From positions 1 through 25,611 of the forward strand of contig JANLSU010000083.1 of assembly GCA_031362565.1 (NCBI GenBank): a stretch of DNA of 25,611 nt, read 5' to 3'. This stretch comes from a bacterium. Its GTDB lineage: Bacteria; Krumholzibacteriota; Krumholzibacteriia; G020349025. The notes under the pieces were generated by a model. It was not told where the DNA came from. It saw only the letters and a list, made by a program, of their open reading frames with translations, and ran no database searches. Of the stretch, positions 1 through 8,919 are shown piece by piece. Made by a program: the position numbers and the translations under genes. Each line of letters opens with the position of its first letter. Positions within the stretch are counted from its first letter, which is position 1.

Positions 1-46
1 AATGGCCGTGGGATCGCCAGCGTCTGCCCGGTTTCGCCGCGCCGAC

Positions 47-134
47 AGGGGGGGAAAGGTGCTGAAAAACTCAGCCCTCAAGGGGGGAAAGCATCTGAAA
101 AACTCTGTCTGGAAGGGTCCCTAGCATCTGAAAA
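47..134. repeat. Short imperfect direct repeats, unit A (AGGGGGGAAAG-N-CTGAAAAACTC)
   Basis: Copies at 47-72 and 81-105; partial third copy AGCATCTGAAAA at 123-134, identical to 90-101; period about 33-34 bp. Confidence 0.7.
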
Positions 135-140
135 TCGACA

Positions 141-227
141 ATCTCGGGAGACGGAAAACGTCGGGACGGTCTGTGGTTCGATCTCGCGAGACGCGAAAAC
201 GTCCGGACAGTCACTGGGTCCATCTCG
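141..227. repeat. Imperfect direct repeats, unit B (ATCTCGSGAGACG(C)GAAAACGTCSGGACRGTC)
   Basis: 141-171 vs 181-212: 28 matching bases, 3 substitutions, 1 gap. Third ATCTCG at 222-227; period 40-41 bp. Second copy contains palindromes TCTCGCGAGA (182-191) and GTCCGGAC (201-208). Confidence 0.7.
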
Positions 228-760
228 TGAAGGCACGTTGGCTGGGCTCCGGGAGCACGGTTGTTTGGATCGTGTTGGTCTGCTTCGCACCTTCCACCAG
301 TCGAAGGTGATTTCACTCGTTCCAGAACGAGTAACGTTTTTGCAACTTGTCGTTGATTCCTTGGATTCGTGCGGTTTGTTTGGCGGTGTGTCAACGCCGT
401 GGACAGCAACTTCGTCGCTCAGCCAGCAGACCTGTTGGGGCCATGCAAACACCCCTTGGTGCCGCGAAGCGTTCCTCGCCAGTTCGCCTCGTTTTCAAAG
501 ACCACACCGGCGCTCATGGCGCGGGTGGATTGGCGGTCGAACCGATCTTGGCAATCGGCGGGCCATGAAGCCTGATGGCGGAATGTGGCTCTACGGGCCC
601 CGGTATTTCGAAAACGCGGCGCGCGAATCGTCAACCGGCAGGCCGCAGAACTGTCAATGTTGTTGACGCATTCGATGCCGGCACGCCGTTGCCACGAAAC
701 GGACCGCGGGAACGCGGATCGGCGGGCGACAAATCGAACCCGCGCCGCTCGGGCGACCGG

Positions 761-1789
761 TTAGAAGAGCACGGTCAGGGCGGCAGGTTCCAGCGTCAGC
801 TCGGTAGTTGCGAGCCGGCCCACCAGTTCGCAGTCGGCGTGGGCGGCCACGGGCTCGCCCAGCGATTCGAGCCGAATCGGGCCGGGGCTCTGGAAGTAAC
901 GCACGTTCGGATTCCGCAGATGCGTGTGCCGCAACACTTCGGCGCCGATCCGCATCATCTCCTTCTTGTCGCGGGTCGTGACGACCAAAACATCCAAGAG
1001 TCCATCGTCGACGCGCGCCAGCGGATGGAACGGAAACCAGCCCGGGCCATAGTCCTGCACATTGCCAACCGCCACCAGGTAGCCGCTCTCGTCCGCGATG
1101 CCGCCGAGCGCCGTCGGGCCGGTCACGCGCATGGGTGTCGGCACGTAGGTTTCGGCACGCTTCTCGGGCGGCCCCCATTCGAACAAGGTGCGAAACGCCG
1201 AAGTCACGAAGGCCCACTCGCGAAACATCCGCTTCTCGCCGGGCGGCACGTTTTCGATGACCGCCGCGTCGTAGCCAAAGCCCGCAAAGCAGACGAACGG
1301 CGCGCCATCGATGCGCGCCACATCGACGCGTGACGTTCGCGCCCAAAAAATCTGCTTCATGCAGGCATGAAACGTATCGGGAATCGGGCCGACCTGCAGT
1401 TGCAACGTGCGCGCGAAGACGTTCACCGTGCCCTTGGGCAACACCGAAAACTTGGGCCGGCGCTCGACCGGCACCTGCATGAGTCCGGTCGCGACCTCAC
1501 GCACCCCGCCGTCACCGGAACACGGCATGACGAGCGTCGCGCCACGTTCCGCCGCCTCGCGTGCTAAGCGCACGGCGTCGCCAGGGCCTTCGGTCGAGAC
1601 GATTTCACAGTCGTAGCCGAGCAAGCGGTAGATTTGATAGGCGCGCTGCCCGTGTGCCGCGTATCGTCCGCCGCTCGCATTCGGATTGTCGACAATAACG
1701 ATGCGTTCATCGCGCGACAACTTGGGGCGCATGCCGGACGGCAGGCGATCGATCTGAGCGCGAACCGCCTGTTCGACGGCGGTGTCCAT
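761..1789 (-). CDS. Diacylglycerol/lipid kinase family protein (YegS/DgkB, DAGK_cat domain)
   Basis: NPNASGG (NPxSG motif), CSGDGGVREV (GGDG ATP-binding loop), LPKGTVNVFARTL (PxGTxNxFA), AGFGYDA, DDGLLDV, and HADCE at the DGE position. Confidence 0.9.
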   Translation of the reverse strand: MDTAVEQAVRAQIDRLPSGMRPKLSRDERIVIVDNPNASGGRYAAHGQRAYQIYRLLGYDCEIVSTEGPGDAVRLAREAAERGATLVMPCSGDGGVREVATGLMQVPVERRPKFSVLPKGTVNVFARTLQLQVGPIPDTFHACMKQIFWARTSRVDVARIDGAPFVCFAGFGYDAAVIENVPPGEKRMFREWAFVTSAFRTLFEWGPPEKRAETYVPTPMRVTGPTALGGIADESGYLVAVGNVQDYGPGWFPFHPLARVDDGLLDVLVVTTRDKKEMMRIGAEVLRHTHLRNPNVRYFQSPGPIRLESLGEPVAAHADCELVGRLATTELTLEPAALTVLF

Positions 1790-1807
1790 GCTGTACCCCC
1801 TGCCGCC

Positions 1808-3862
1808 CTAGATCTCGAACGCCTCGGGCTCCCAGGGAATCCCGAGCGCACTGGGCGGCGCCATGTAGCCGAGCAGCGCCGATGCCGCGACCACAGCCGG
1901 CCCGGCCAGGTAGCCTTCGCCGCCCAGCCCCATGCGGTTCTGCCAGTTGCGATTGAACGTCGTAATCGCGCGCTGTCCCGCGGTGAGTGCGTCCGGGCCC
2001 TGGCCGAAACAGGGGCCGCACCACGAGTCGCGAATCTGTCCGCCGGCCGCCCGCAGCACGTCCGCGATGGACTCACCCGCGAGGCGCGCCTCCGGCGTTT
2101 CAATGCGCCGTTTCACGCCGCCCGAACCGGGGAAAATGACGAATTCCTTCGCTGCCCGCGTATGCCCGGCACCGCGCGCCGCGCGCAACACGAGGGCGGC
2201 TTGCAGCAGATCGTCGTAGCTGCCGTTCGTGCATGAACCGATGAAGGCCTTGTCGAAGGTGCAACGCTCCAGGGCGACTTCTTCCGCCGGAAACGCATTG
2301 CCGGGACTGAAAGGCTTGGCGATCATCGGCATCAAGTCGGAAAGATCGAACTCTTCGTCGATTGCGTAGACCGCATCGACGCCCGGACTGAAGTGCGGAT
2401 ACGGCAGGTGGCCGGCGCCGCGCTCCCGGTACCACACATAGGTGATTTCGTCCGGCGCGAAGATGCCATTCTGCGCTTCGGCCTCGGCCATCATGTTGCA
2501 AATTGTGTTGCGATAGGCGATCGGCAGTTGCTGCGCCGCGTCCACAAATTCGACCGACATGCCTTGAGATTGCTGGGCGCCCCAGCGCTCGAGAAGCCGC
2601 AGCACGATGTCCTTGCCCGATACCCAAGGCTGCAGCTTGCCCCGCAGCGTCACGCGCCGCGCCTTGGCCGGCGTGAAGTAAACGGCCCCCGTCGCCCAAC
2701 CGAAGCCGAGCGTCGTCGACCCGACACCGATGCCGAGCGCGCCATAGGCGCCATAGGCACGGCTATGCGAATCGGCGCCCGGGATGAACTGCCCCGGCAA
2801 GACGAGCCCCTGCTCCGGAAAATAAAAATGAAAGATACCGTCGCCGGCCGTCGCGTAGTGCGGCTTGCGGAGTTGCTGCAGCTCCGCGAACTGGCGGCCG
2901 ATGGCCGTCTGCCGGTCGTCCGCCTCCTTGCCGGTGAACACGAAGTGATCGTTGGCGATCGCCGCTTGGCGCGGATAGATCGACTTGCCGCCGGTGATCT
3001 GATTGAACGTATGAATCGCGAACGGCGCCGTGCCGTCGGAAGCCGGCAAGAGATCGGCATAGACGCGCAGCGTCGTGCCGGGCTTGACCACTGCATCTTT
3101 GTTGACGCGGTGCGCCCAAACAATCTGCTCGGTGCTCGTGAGATGTCGCGCGACATCCGGACCCGGCCATTCGACGACCGGCGCCGTTTCGACCGCGCGC
3201 CGGAACTCGCGTCGCCCGATGGCAAAGATGCCACCGCTCGTGCGGTTCTCGTCTTCCTTCGGCGTCAGCCGCAGCGGCTCGTAGGCCTGACCGCGCGTTT
3301 CGTTGACGATTTGCCGGCTCTTCGGATCGAACGTGAAGGTATCGCCATCCTGCGCTGCATCGACCGCCGCCCGGCACTGCACAACGTGCAACCCCAAATT
3401 CAACGCATTGCGCCGGAAGATGTCGCCCATGTTGTCGCCGCACACGATCACCATCTCGAGCCCGGCTTCGTCGGCAATGGCCTTGAGACCCGCCGGACTC
3501 ATTTCCCGCGACGAGCCGATCGCAAACCGGTCGCCGGCGACGACGAACGTCTCACCGCGATGGACGCGGGCGCGAAAATCGGGGATCAGATAGCGAAACG
3601 TTCCCGCCTTCCAACGCTCGTCGAGCGCTTCGAGGCTCTCGGAAACACAGTCCGCGGCGGGCGTGATCTGATCGGTGTCGATGGCGTCCAGTTTGTGGCC
3701 GGGCCGCTTCTTGTCCCAAATGACCAGCGCGCGGCCGCGCAAGAGCGCGGTGCTGCCGGTGGCTCCGGAGTGATCGGGTGCTGGTGCGGGCAATGCATCG
3801 ACCGTGACGCCCGGATGCAAGCGCGCCGGTCGCGCGACTTGCCAATCGTCCGGGGCGGTCAT
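1808..3862 (-). CDS. Aconitase-family [4Fe-4S] hydro-lyase, single-chain fusion of an N-terminal LeuD-like swivel domain and a C-terminal LeuC/HacA-like catalytic subunit
   Basis: N-terminal: IDTDQITPA, VAGDRFAIGSSRE, IFRRNALNLGL (small subunit/swivel). C-terminal: NDHF, GADSHSRAYGAYGALGIGVG, KDIVL, RNTICNM, FIGSCTNG, CGPCFG (three cluster Cys), TTFNRNWQNRMG, YLAGPAVVAASAL. Start is probably ATG 3862 or ATG 3880; the track start at 3961 overlaps the upstream gene. Confidence 0.88.
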   Translation of the reverse strand: MTAPDDWQVARPARLHPGVTVDALPAPAPDHSGATGSTALLRGRALVIWDKKRPGHKLDAIDTDQITPAADCVSESLEALDERWKAGTFRYLIPDFRARVHRGETFVVAGDRFAIGSSREMSPAGLKAIADEAGLEMVIVCGDNMGDIFRRNALNLGLHVVQCRAAVDAAQDGDTFTFDPKSRQIVNETRGQAYEPLRLTPKEDENRTSGGIFAIGRREFRRAVETAPVVEWPGPDVARHLTSTEQIVWAHRVNKDAVVKPGTTLRVYADLLPASDGTAPFAIHTFNQITGGKSIYPRQAAIANDHFVFTGKEADDRQTAIGRQFAELQQLRKPHYATAGDGIFHFYFPEQGLVLPGQFIPGADSHSRAYGAYGALGIGVGSTTLGFGWATGAVYFTPAKARRVTLRGKLQPWVSGKDIVLRLLERWGAQQSQGMSVEFVDAAQQLPIAYRNTICNMMAEAEAQNGIFAPDEITYVWYRERGAGHLPYPHFSPGVDAVYAIDEEFDLSDLMPMIAKPFSPGNAFPAEEVALERCTFDKAFIGSCTNGSYDDLLQAALVLRAARGAGHTRAAKEFVIFPGSGGVKRRIETPEARLAGESIADVLRAAGGQIRDSWCGPCFGQGPDALTAGQRAITTFNRNWQNRMGLGGEGYLAGPAVVAASALLGYMAPPSALGIPWEPEAFEI

Positions 3863-3872
3863 GGGCGCCCGC

Positions 3873-4424
3873 TCATCCATGCGTCGGTGCGGCAGGTTCA
3901 GGAACCGCGGTTGGAGCGTTGGGCGCAACTGGCGCCGCCGGCGTTTCGACACCCATGTCACCGGTCGACGGCGTCACCGTCGCGGCGGGGGCCTGCGGGA
4001 AACCGGCAAAGACCGCCACGCCGGCATGCGTCGCCGCCGGCAGGAACTGCGAACGGTACGGTTCGAAGGTGATCGAGCGCGGCAGCATGAGAATGTCCGC
4101 AACCTGGCCCTCGAGACCGCGCTCTGTGAGTCGCTTCATCGCCGACGGCGACGTGTACGGGCTCTTGGCGATGAACTCGATGCGCACCGGCGCATTGGTG
4201 TCGAGGCGCACGCCGCTCACGATCGCTTGGTCCGGCTCGCCGCTCCCCACGTACTGCACGCCGTCGATGCGGACGTGCGTCCAGGGCTCACGCGACAAGA
4301 GCGCCAACTGATCGTGGACGCGCTTTTCGGGCGTGATCTTGGGGACCGCGAAATACAAAATGGCCGCGAAAACGAGCCCCACGGCGCTCCCGATCAAATA
4401 GAACGGCCGGCGATCGAACAGCAC
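3873..4424 (-). CDS. Hypothetical protein with N-terminal membrane anchor and Pro/Ala/Thr-rich C-terminal tail
   Basis: GTG start preceded by GAGGGGAG; hydrophobic segment FYLIGSAVGLVFAAILYFAV; stop abuts the aconitase-family start, giving an operon-like arrangement. No family recognised. Confidence 0.7.
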   Translation of the reverse strand: MLFDRRPFYLIGSAVGLVFAAILYFAVPKITPEKRVHDQLALLSREPWTHVRIDGVQYVGSGEPDQAIVSGVRLDTNAPVRIEFIAKSPYTSPSAMKRLTERGLEGQVADILMLPRSITFEPYRSQFLPAATHAGVAVFAGFPQAPAATVTPSTGDMGVETPAAPVAPNAPTAVPEPAAPTHG

Positions 4425-4752
4425 CCTTGCTCCCCTCGCGATAGACCTCGCCCGCGGACTCCAGACTGAAGGCCCATCCTAACGCATTCGGGGAGCCCGC
4501 GCCAGAGCACCAAGGCCACGCAGGGCAGGTGTTGCGGAACCCATTGCCGCGGTCGCGGACGGCAAGGTCCACACGCTCGTGCTCCCTGACCCGGCGCCCG
4601 GGGTCGAGCGACGCATCGCACCTCGGGCGCCGCCGCGATGGACCGCACCGCCGTCTGGAGAGGCGTTTCCAGCCACCGCGTCACCTGGCATGGAACTGGA
4701 TTTCAGACCCTCTCGGTCAGAGTCGCAACGGGCCATGCTGTGGAAGGAACCC

Positions 4753-6513
4753 ATGACGGAGACACTTCTCGTCGGACGCGAATGCCAGGCGCGCTTGTGT
4801 CAGAACTTCAATGACCCGCCGCTCGGCAAGTCGGCGTGGAACCGCCTCTTGGCGCGCAGCGAGACGCATAGCGTGTTCCTGACCTGGCAATGGCTCTCCA
4901 CCTGGTGGGAGTGCTTCGACGAGGGTGCGACCCTCTTCACGTTCGCCGTCGAGCGCGACAACGAACTCGTCGGCATCGCGCCGCTCATGGTGCGGCGCGA
5001 AAACGGCATTCGCTATGTCGAATTCCTCGGCATGGGCTCGTCGGACTACTGCGATGTCATCGCGCTGGAAGAAAACAAGGCCGATGTGCTGCGCGCCGTA
5101 CTCGACGCACTCTTCAAGCGCCGCGATCGCTGGGACCGGATCCGCCTGCGCTACTTGCCGGCGCACAGCAATACCGCCAAGAGCCTCGCATCCCTGCCGT
5201 TGCCGGCGGGGTGGGAATACCTGCAGGAAGTCGAAGCGACCTGTCCGGCACTGTCGATCGAGGCGAGCCGCGTCTTCGCCGAGAGCTGCGCCCAGAAGAA
5301 GAGCTTGGTGCGCCATGCGCGCTATTTCGAGCGCCTAGCGCCGCTTCGGTTCCACCATGCGCTGGATGCGGACGAGATTCTCGACCGCTTGCCGGAGTTC
5401 ATCGAACAGCACCGCGACCGGCGCTTCATGGCCGGCGACCACAGTCTGTTCGATGACCCGCGCCACAAACGTTTTTACGAACGCATGATCCCGGTCATGC
5501 TCGAGGCCGGTTTGCTGCGGTTCGGTGTTCTGCAGTGGAAGGACGAGGTGCTGGCCTATCACCTCGGATTCCATTACGACGGTGTGTTTACGTGGTACAA
5601 GCCGACGTTCAACGTCGACTGGGCGCGCTATTCGCCGGGCGAGGTGCTTCTCAAGTGCCTGCTCGAGGACGCGCTCGAGAACGGTGTGCGGGTGTTCGAC
5701 TTCACGGTCGGCGATGAAGCGTTCAAAGAGCGCTTTGCCAATGTGAAGAACGAGAACCTCAAGATTCAAATCGTGCGCGGTTCCAAGCGCGGCATGCGCG
5801 AGCGGCTGAACGACGACACGAAGCGCTGGCTCAAGACGAGCAACCCGGATCTCTTCCTGCGCCTGAAAGCGGCGCGTGACGATCTGCACCGCATCCCAGT
5901 GGCGTCCGACAACCTGAGTGACGTGGTGTCGACGTTCAAGCCCGGGCAGCAGGCGCCGATCCGGAGGCGCATGGCGGCTCCCGTCTCGGTCCTGTCGCGC
6001 ATTCTGTGGCGCGCCGCACCGCTGCAAGCCGTGCCGTCGGAGTTCAGCGCGCAGTGGGCGCGGTACTCACATCTCAAGATGATCACCCGGCGCGAAGGAT
6101 TGCATCAGCAGTTCCTGATCGCTTGCCTCGAGAAGCTGCGCCGCGGCGAGCGTGCGGTTGTGGCGCTCTGGCAAGACCGGCCCGTGGCACTCGTGTGGCT
6201 GGCGCGTGATGCGCGCGCGGCGCTCGACGACGCCGGCTTCCAGGATGCACTGCCGGATGGCGCGGCTGTCGTCACCGACTCGTACCTGGCGCTCGACCTG
6301 CGTGTGTCGCCGCGCCGCGAGTCGATGCCGGCGACGATTGTCACGTTCCTGGCCGCCGAAGGCGTGACCGCGTTGTACGGCGTTCAAGACACCCGGCACA
6401 CGGCGCCCGTCCTGGCGCTTTGCGGCAGCCGGCTCTTGCCCGTCGCGCGCCGCATGGACGTGACGCTTGGACGCTGGACGCGGCGGCACGACCACCGGTT
6501 CCAAGACGCATAG
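4753..6513 (+). CDS. GNAT family acyltransferase, CelD/BcsL (Acetyltransf_6) type, with an additional C-terminal degenerate GNAT-like domain
   Basis: ATG 4753 after AAGGA. Motifs FLTWQWLSTWW, ELVGIAPL, FLGMGSSDYCD, YSPGEVLL and FDFTVGDEAFKERFA are typical of this family. About 200 aa C-terminal extension with PVALVW. Confidence 0.82.
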   Translation: MTETLLVGRECQARLCQNFNDPPLGKSAWNRLLARSETHSVFLTWQWLSTWWECFDEGATLFTFAVERDNELVGIAPLMVRRENGIRYVEFLGMGSSDYCDVIALEENKADVLRAVLDALFKRRDRWDRIRLRYLPAHSNTAKSLASLPLPAGWEYLQEVEATCPALSIEASRVFAESCAQKKSLVRHARYFERLAPLRFHHALDADEILDRLPEFIEQHRDRRFMAGDHSLFDDPRHKRFYERMIPVMLEAGLLRFGVLQWKDEVLAYHLGFHYDGVFTWYKPTFNVDWARYSPGEVLLKCLLEDALENGVRVFDFTVGDEAFKERFANVKNENLKIQIVRGSKRGMRERLNDDTKRWLKTSNPDLFLRLKAARDDLHRIPVASDNLSDVVSTFKPGQQAPIRRRMAAPVSVLSRILWRAAPLQAVPSEFSAQWARYSHLKMITRREGLHQQFLIACLEKLRRGERAVVALWQDRPVALVWLARDARAALDDAGFQDALPDGAAVVTDSYLALDLRVSPRRESMPATIVTFLAAEGVTALYGVQDTRHTAPVLALCGSRLLPVARRMDVTLGRWTRRHDHRFQDA

Positions 6514-6589
6514 GGCGACGGCCCCGGCGACGTGATCGGGCCGCGGTCTTTGCAACGTGCCGTTTGCGGAGTGCACCGAGGAGGACAAC

Positions 6590-7963
6590 ATGCGCGCGCT
6601 GGCGCTCATCGACGGTGAGCACTATCCGCCCGTGATTCGGCACGCGCTCGATGTTCTCACGAACACCGAAGGTTTGGAGTTTGTCGGCGCCGTGTTCCTC
6701 GGCGGCACCGAGAAGCTGAAGACTTCGGATGCGTTGGCAGCTCTCGGCCTGCCGATCGTGCACGAACCGGTGCTCCTGCGCGGTGTCGAACGCGGTCTCG
6801 CCGAGTACCACCCGGAAGTCGTCATCGACCTCTCCGACGAACCGATCACCGGTTACGCAGAACGCTTCGCGTATGCGGCGGCGGCACTCGCTTCGGGCGC
6901 CGCCTACCGCGGCGCCGATTTCGAATTTCGCCCACCGCGCTTCGAGCGCGTCACGAACCGGCCTTCGTTGGCCGTATTCGGCACCGGCAAGCGCATCGGC
7001 AAGACGGCCGTGTCCGGATATCTGGCGCGCTGGCTGCGCGACCAGGGGCTCACGCCCGTCGTTGTCGCCATGGGACGCGGCGGTCCCGAAACTCCAGAAA
7101 TTGTCGATGGTGCGGCCCAAAGCCTAGACGTCGAGTCCTTGCTGCGTGCAAGCCGCGCCGGCCACCACGCGTCTTCGGATCATTTCGAGAATGCGCTCTT
7201 GTCGCGCGTGACTGCGGTCGGATCGCGGCGCTGTGGCGGCGGACTCGCAGGCGCCCCGTACGTGTCGAACGTCGTCGAAGCGGGCCGCGTTGCCGACCGT
7301 CTGGCACCGCGGGCCATCTTGTTCGATGGCAGCGGGGCGGCGATTCCACCGGTCGCCGTCGACCGCCGCGTGCTGGTCATGGGCGCACACCAGAAACTCG
7401 ACACGCTGCGGAGCTACTTCGGCCCGTATCGTATTCGCATTGCTGACGTCGTTCTGTTGACGATGTGCGAGGAACCGCTCGCCGATGCGGCACGTATCGC
7501 CGAAATTCGCGCCGCGGTAGCGTCGATTCAGCCGCGCGCCCGCTGCATTGAAACTGTGTTTCGGCCGCGCCCATGGTTTTCGGGGTCGCTCGCCGGGCGC
7601 CGGGTCTTCCTGGCGCTCACGGCCCCGGAATCCATGGGTACGACGCTCGCATCGCACCTCGAGCGCACGCATGGGATGACGGTCATCGGCGTGACGCATG
7701 CCCTCGCCGATCGCCAGCGCCTGCGGGAAGACTTGGCGCGCGGCCTAGCAGCGCATCCGGACGTCGTGCTGACCGAGATCAAGGCGGCGTCCATCGACGT
7801 CGTGGCCGAGGTCGCAACCCAGGCCGGCGTCCAGGTGGGCTTCCTCGACAACATCCCGGTGGCGCGCGACTCGAGCATCGACTTGGATGGCTGGCTCGTG
7901 GACGCACTCGATCTCGAACCCTTGCGCCAGCGAGCGGCGCTCGATGCCGGCGATCGGAGCTGA
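6590..7963 (+). CDS. cpgS: Cyclic 2,3-diphosphoglycerate synthetase
   Basis: GAGGAGG RBS before ATG 6590. Motifs LIDGEHYPPV, FLGGTEKL, DLSDEP, GTGKRIGKTAVS (P-loop), VAMGRGGP, HASSDHFE, RRCGGGLAG, GSGAAIPP, LTMCEEP and TEIKAASIDVV match Methanothermus-type cDPGS along the whole length. Confidence 0.93.
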   Translation: MRALALIDGEHYPPVIRHALDVLTNTEGLEFVGAVFLGGTEKLKTSDALAALGLPIVHEPVLLRGVERGLAEYHPEVVIDLSDEPITGYAERFAYAAAALASGAAYRGADFEFRPPRFERVTNRPSLAVFGTGKRIGKTAVSGYLARWLRDQGLTPVVVAMGRGGPETPEIVDGAAQSLDVESLLRASRAGHHASSDHFENALLSRVTAVGSRRCGGGLAGAPYVSNVVEAGRVADRLAPRAILFDGSGAAIPPVAVDRRVLVMGAHQKLDTLRSYFGPYRIRIADVVLLTMCEEPLADAARIAEIRAAVASIQPRARCIETVFRPRPWFSGSLAGRRVFLALTAPESMGTTLASHLERTHGMTVIGVTHALADRQRLREDLARGLAAHPDVVLTEIKAASIDVVAEVATQAGVQVGFLDNIPVARDSSIDLDGWLVDALDLEPLRQRAALDAGDRS

Positions 7964-7968
7964 GTGCG

Positions 7969-8898
7969 GTGACCGAACTGCTCGTGCGTCGTGGAACGTC
8001 CGTCGTTCCATTCTCGCGCGGCATCCTGGCCCGCTCGCTCTTGGAGCTCGGGTTCGATGCGACGCGCGCCTACGACATTGCCGCCCACCTGCACTCCGAG
8101 CTGCAGAACGACGGTATGTCGCTCGTCACCACGGCCCACCTGTCGCGCATCGTCAGTGAACGCCTGGGCCGCTATGCGCCGACAGACATGGTGATGCGCT
8201 ATGAGAAGATGCGGCACTTCCGCCAGAGTCCGCGGCCGTTGGTGCTGTTGATCGGCGGTTCGACCGGTTCGGGCAAGTCGTCGCTCGCGACCGAAGTCGC
8301 GCACCGTCTCGATGTCACACGCATCTTGTCGACCGATTCGGTGCGCCACGTCATGCGGGCGATGATCTCCGACCGGCTGTTGCCGTCTATTCACCGCTCG
8401 TCGTTCGAGGCTTGGCGTGACCCGGCGATCATCGCGCTGCCGAACTTGGATCCGACCGTCGGCGCCTTTCGCGAGCAGACGCAGCATGTCGCGGTCGCCG
8501 TCGAAGCGGTGCTCGAACGCGCCGTGCAGGAGAATCTGTCGATGATCTTGGAAGGCGTGCACCTGGTGCCAGGGCTCTTCAAGCGGTTCGCGAGCAATAC
8601 GACACTGCAGTTCCTGCACATTGTCGTGCATGTGCAGGACGAAACGATGCATCGCCTACGCTTCGTCGAACGCGGCCGCGGCGCGCGCGAGCGGCCGGGG
8701 CACCGCTATCTCGACAATTTCGACGCCATCCGCACCATCCAAGCGCACCTGGTCGAGCGCGCCCACGCCGAGTCCGTGCCCGTGCTCGAAAACCGCGACT
8801 TCGACACCACCGTGCACGCGCTGCTCGGGCATGTGCTCGATGCGGTCGGAGCTTCGACGCCGCTTATTCCACCCGTGGCGCGTAAGCCGACGCTCTGA
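7969..8898 (+). CDS. pgk2: 2-phosphoglycerate kinase (ATP-cone + P-loop kinase)
   Basis: GTG 7969, 5 nt after the cpgS stop, with GGAG upstream. PFSRGILARSL (ATP-cone), LIGGSTGSGKSSLATEVAHRL, STDSVRHVMR, IHRSSF, ILEGVHLVPG, YLDNFDAIRTIQ. Adjacent to cpgS, its pathway partner. Confidence 0.9.
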   Translation: MTELLVRRGTSVVPFSRGILARSLLELGFDATRAYDIAAHLHSELQNDGMSLVTTAHLSRIVSERLGRYAPTDMVMRYEKMRHFRQSPRPLVLLIGGSTGSGKSSLATEVAHRLDVTRILSTDSVRHVMRAMISDRLLPSIHRSSFEAWRDPAIIALPNLDPTVGAFREQTQHVAVAVEAVLERAVQENLSMILEGVHLVPGLFKRFASNTTLQFLHIVVHVQDETMHRLRFVERGRGARERPGHRYLDNFDAIRTIQAHLVERAHAESVPVLENRDFDTTVHALLGHVLDAVGASTPLIPPVARKPTL

Positions 8899-8919
8899 CG
8901 GAGTCGGAGTTGCAAGTTT

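Noticed and set aside
47..230. CRISPR array
   Set aside because: Only 2-3 degenerate copies of two different units, with gaps of about 8-10 nt rather than unique 30-40 nt spacers; no cas genes.
71..666. Short ORFs (71-409 -, 78-452 -, 238-666 +)
   Set aside because: No recognisable motifs, no clear RBS, atypical composition; they overlap the repeat and palindrome patch.
1808..3961. Naming the aconitase-family gene leuC/leuD or acnB
   Set aside because: Fused, permuted architecture, no HEAT domain and no leucine/TCA context; the substrate cannot be assigned from motifs.
2393..4072. 559-aa plus-strand ORF and similar long antisense ORFs (12953-14086, 14083-15219, 18712-20196, 21712-23094, 23420-24955)
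   Set aside because: Shadow ORFs opposite well-supported genes, as expected in high-GC DNA; Arg-rich and without family motifs.
4685..4702. sigma54 promoter CTGGCATGGAACTGGA upstream of the GNAT (and CTGGCACATCCAGCGA at about 18003)
   Set aside because: The -12 position reads GA rather than the required GC at GG-N10 spacing.
7573..7968. N-terminal extensions given by the ORF track for pgk2 (also GNAT 4579, kynA 10626, AlkP 10258, amnA 18838, kynB 19722, sthA 21106)
   Set aside because: They overlap neighbouring genes or intergenic DNA; family homology and RBS/ATGA coupling point to the downstream starts used here.
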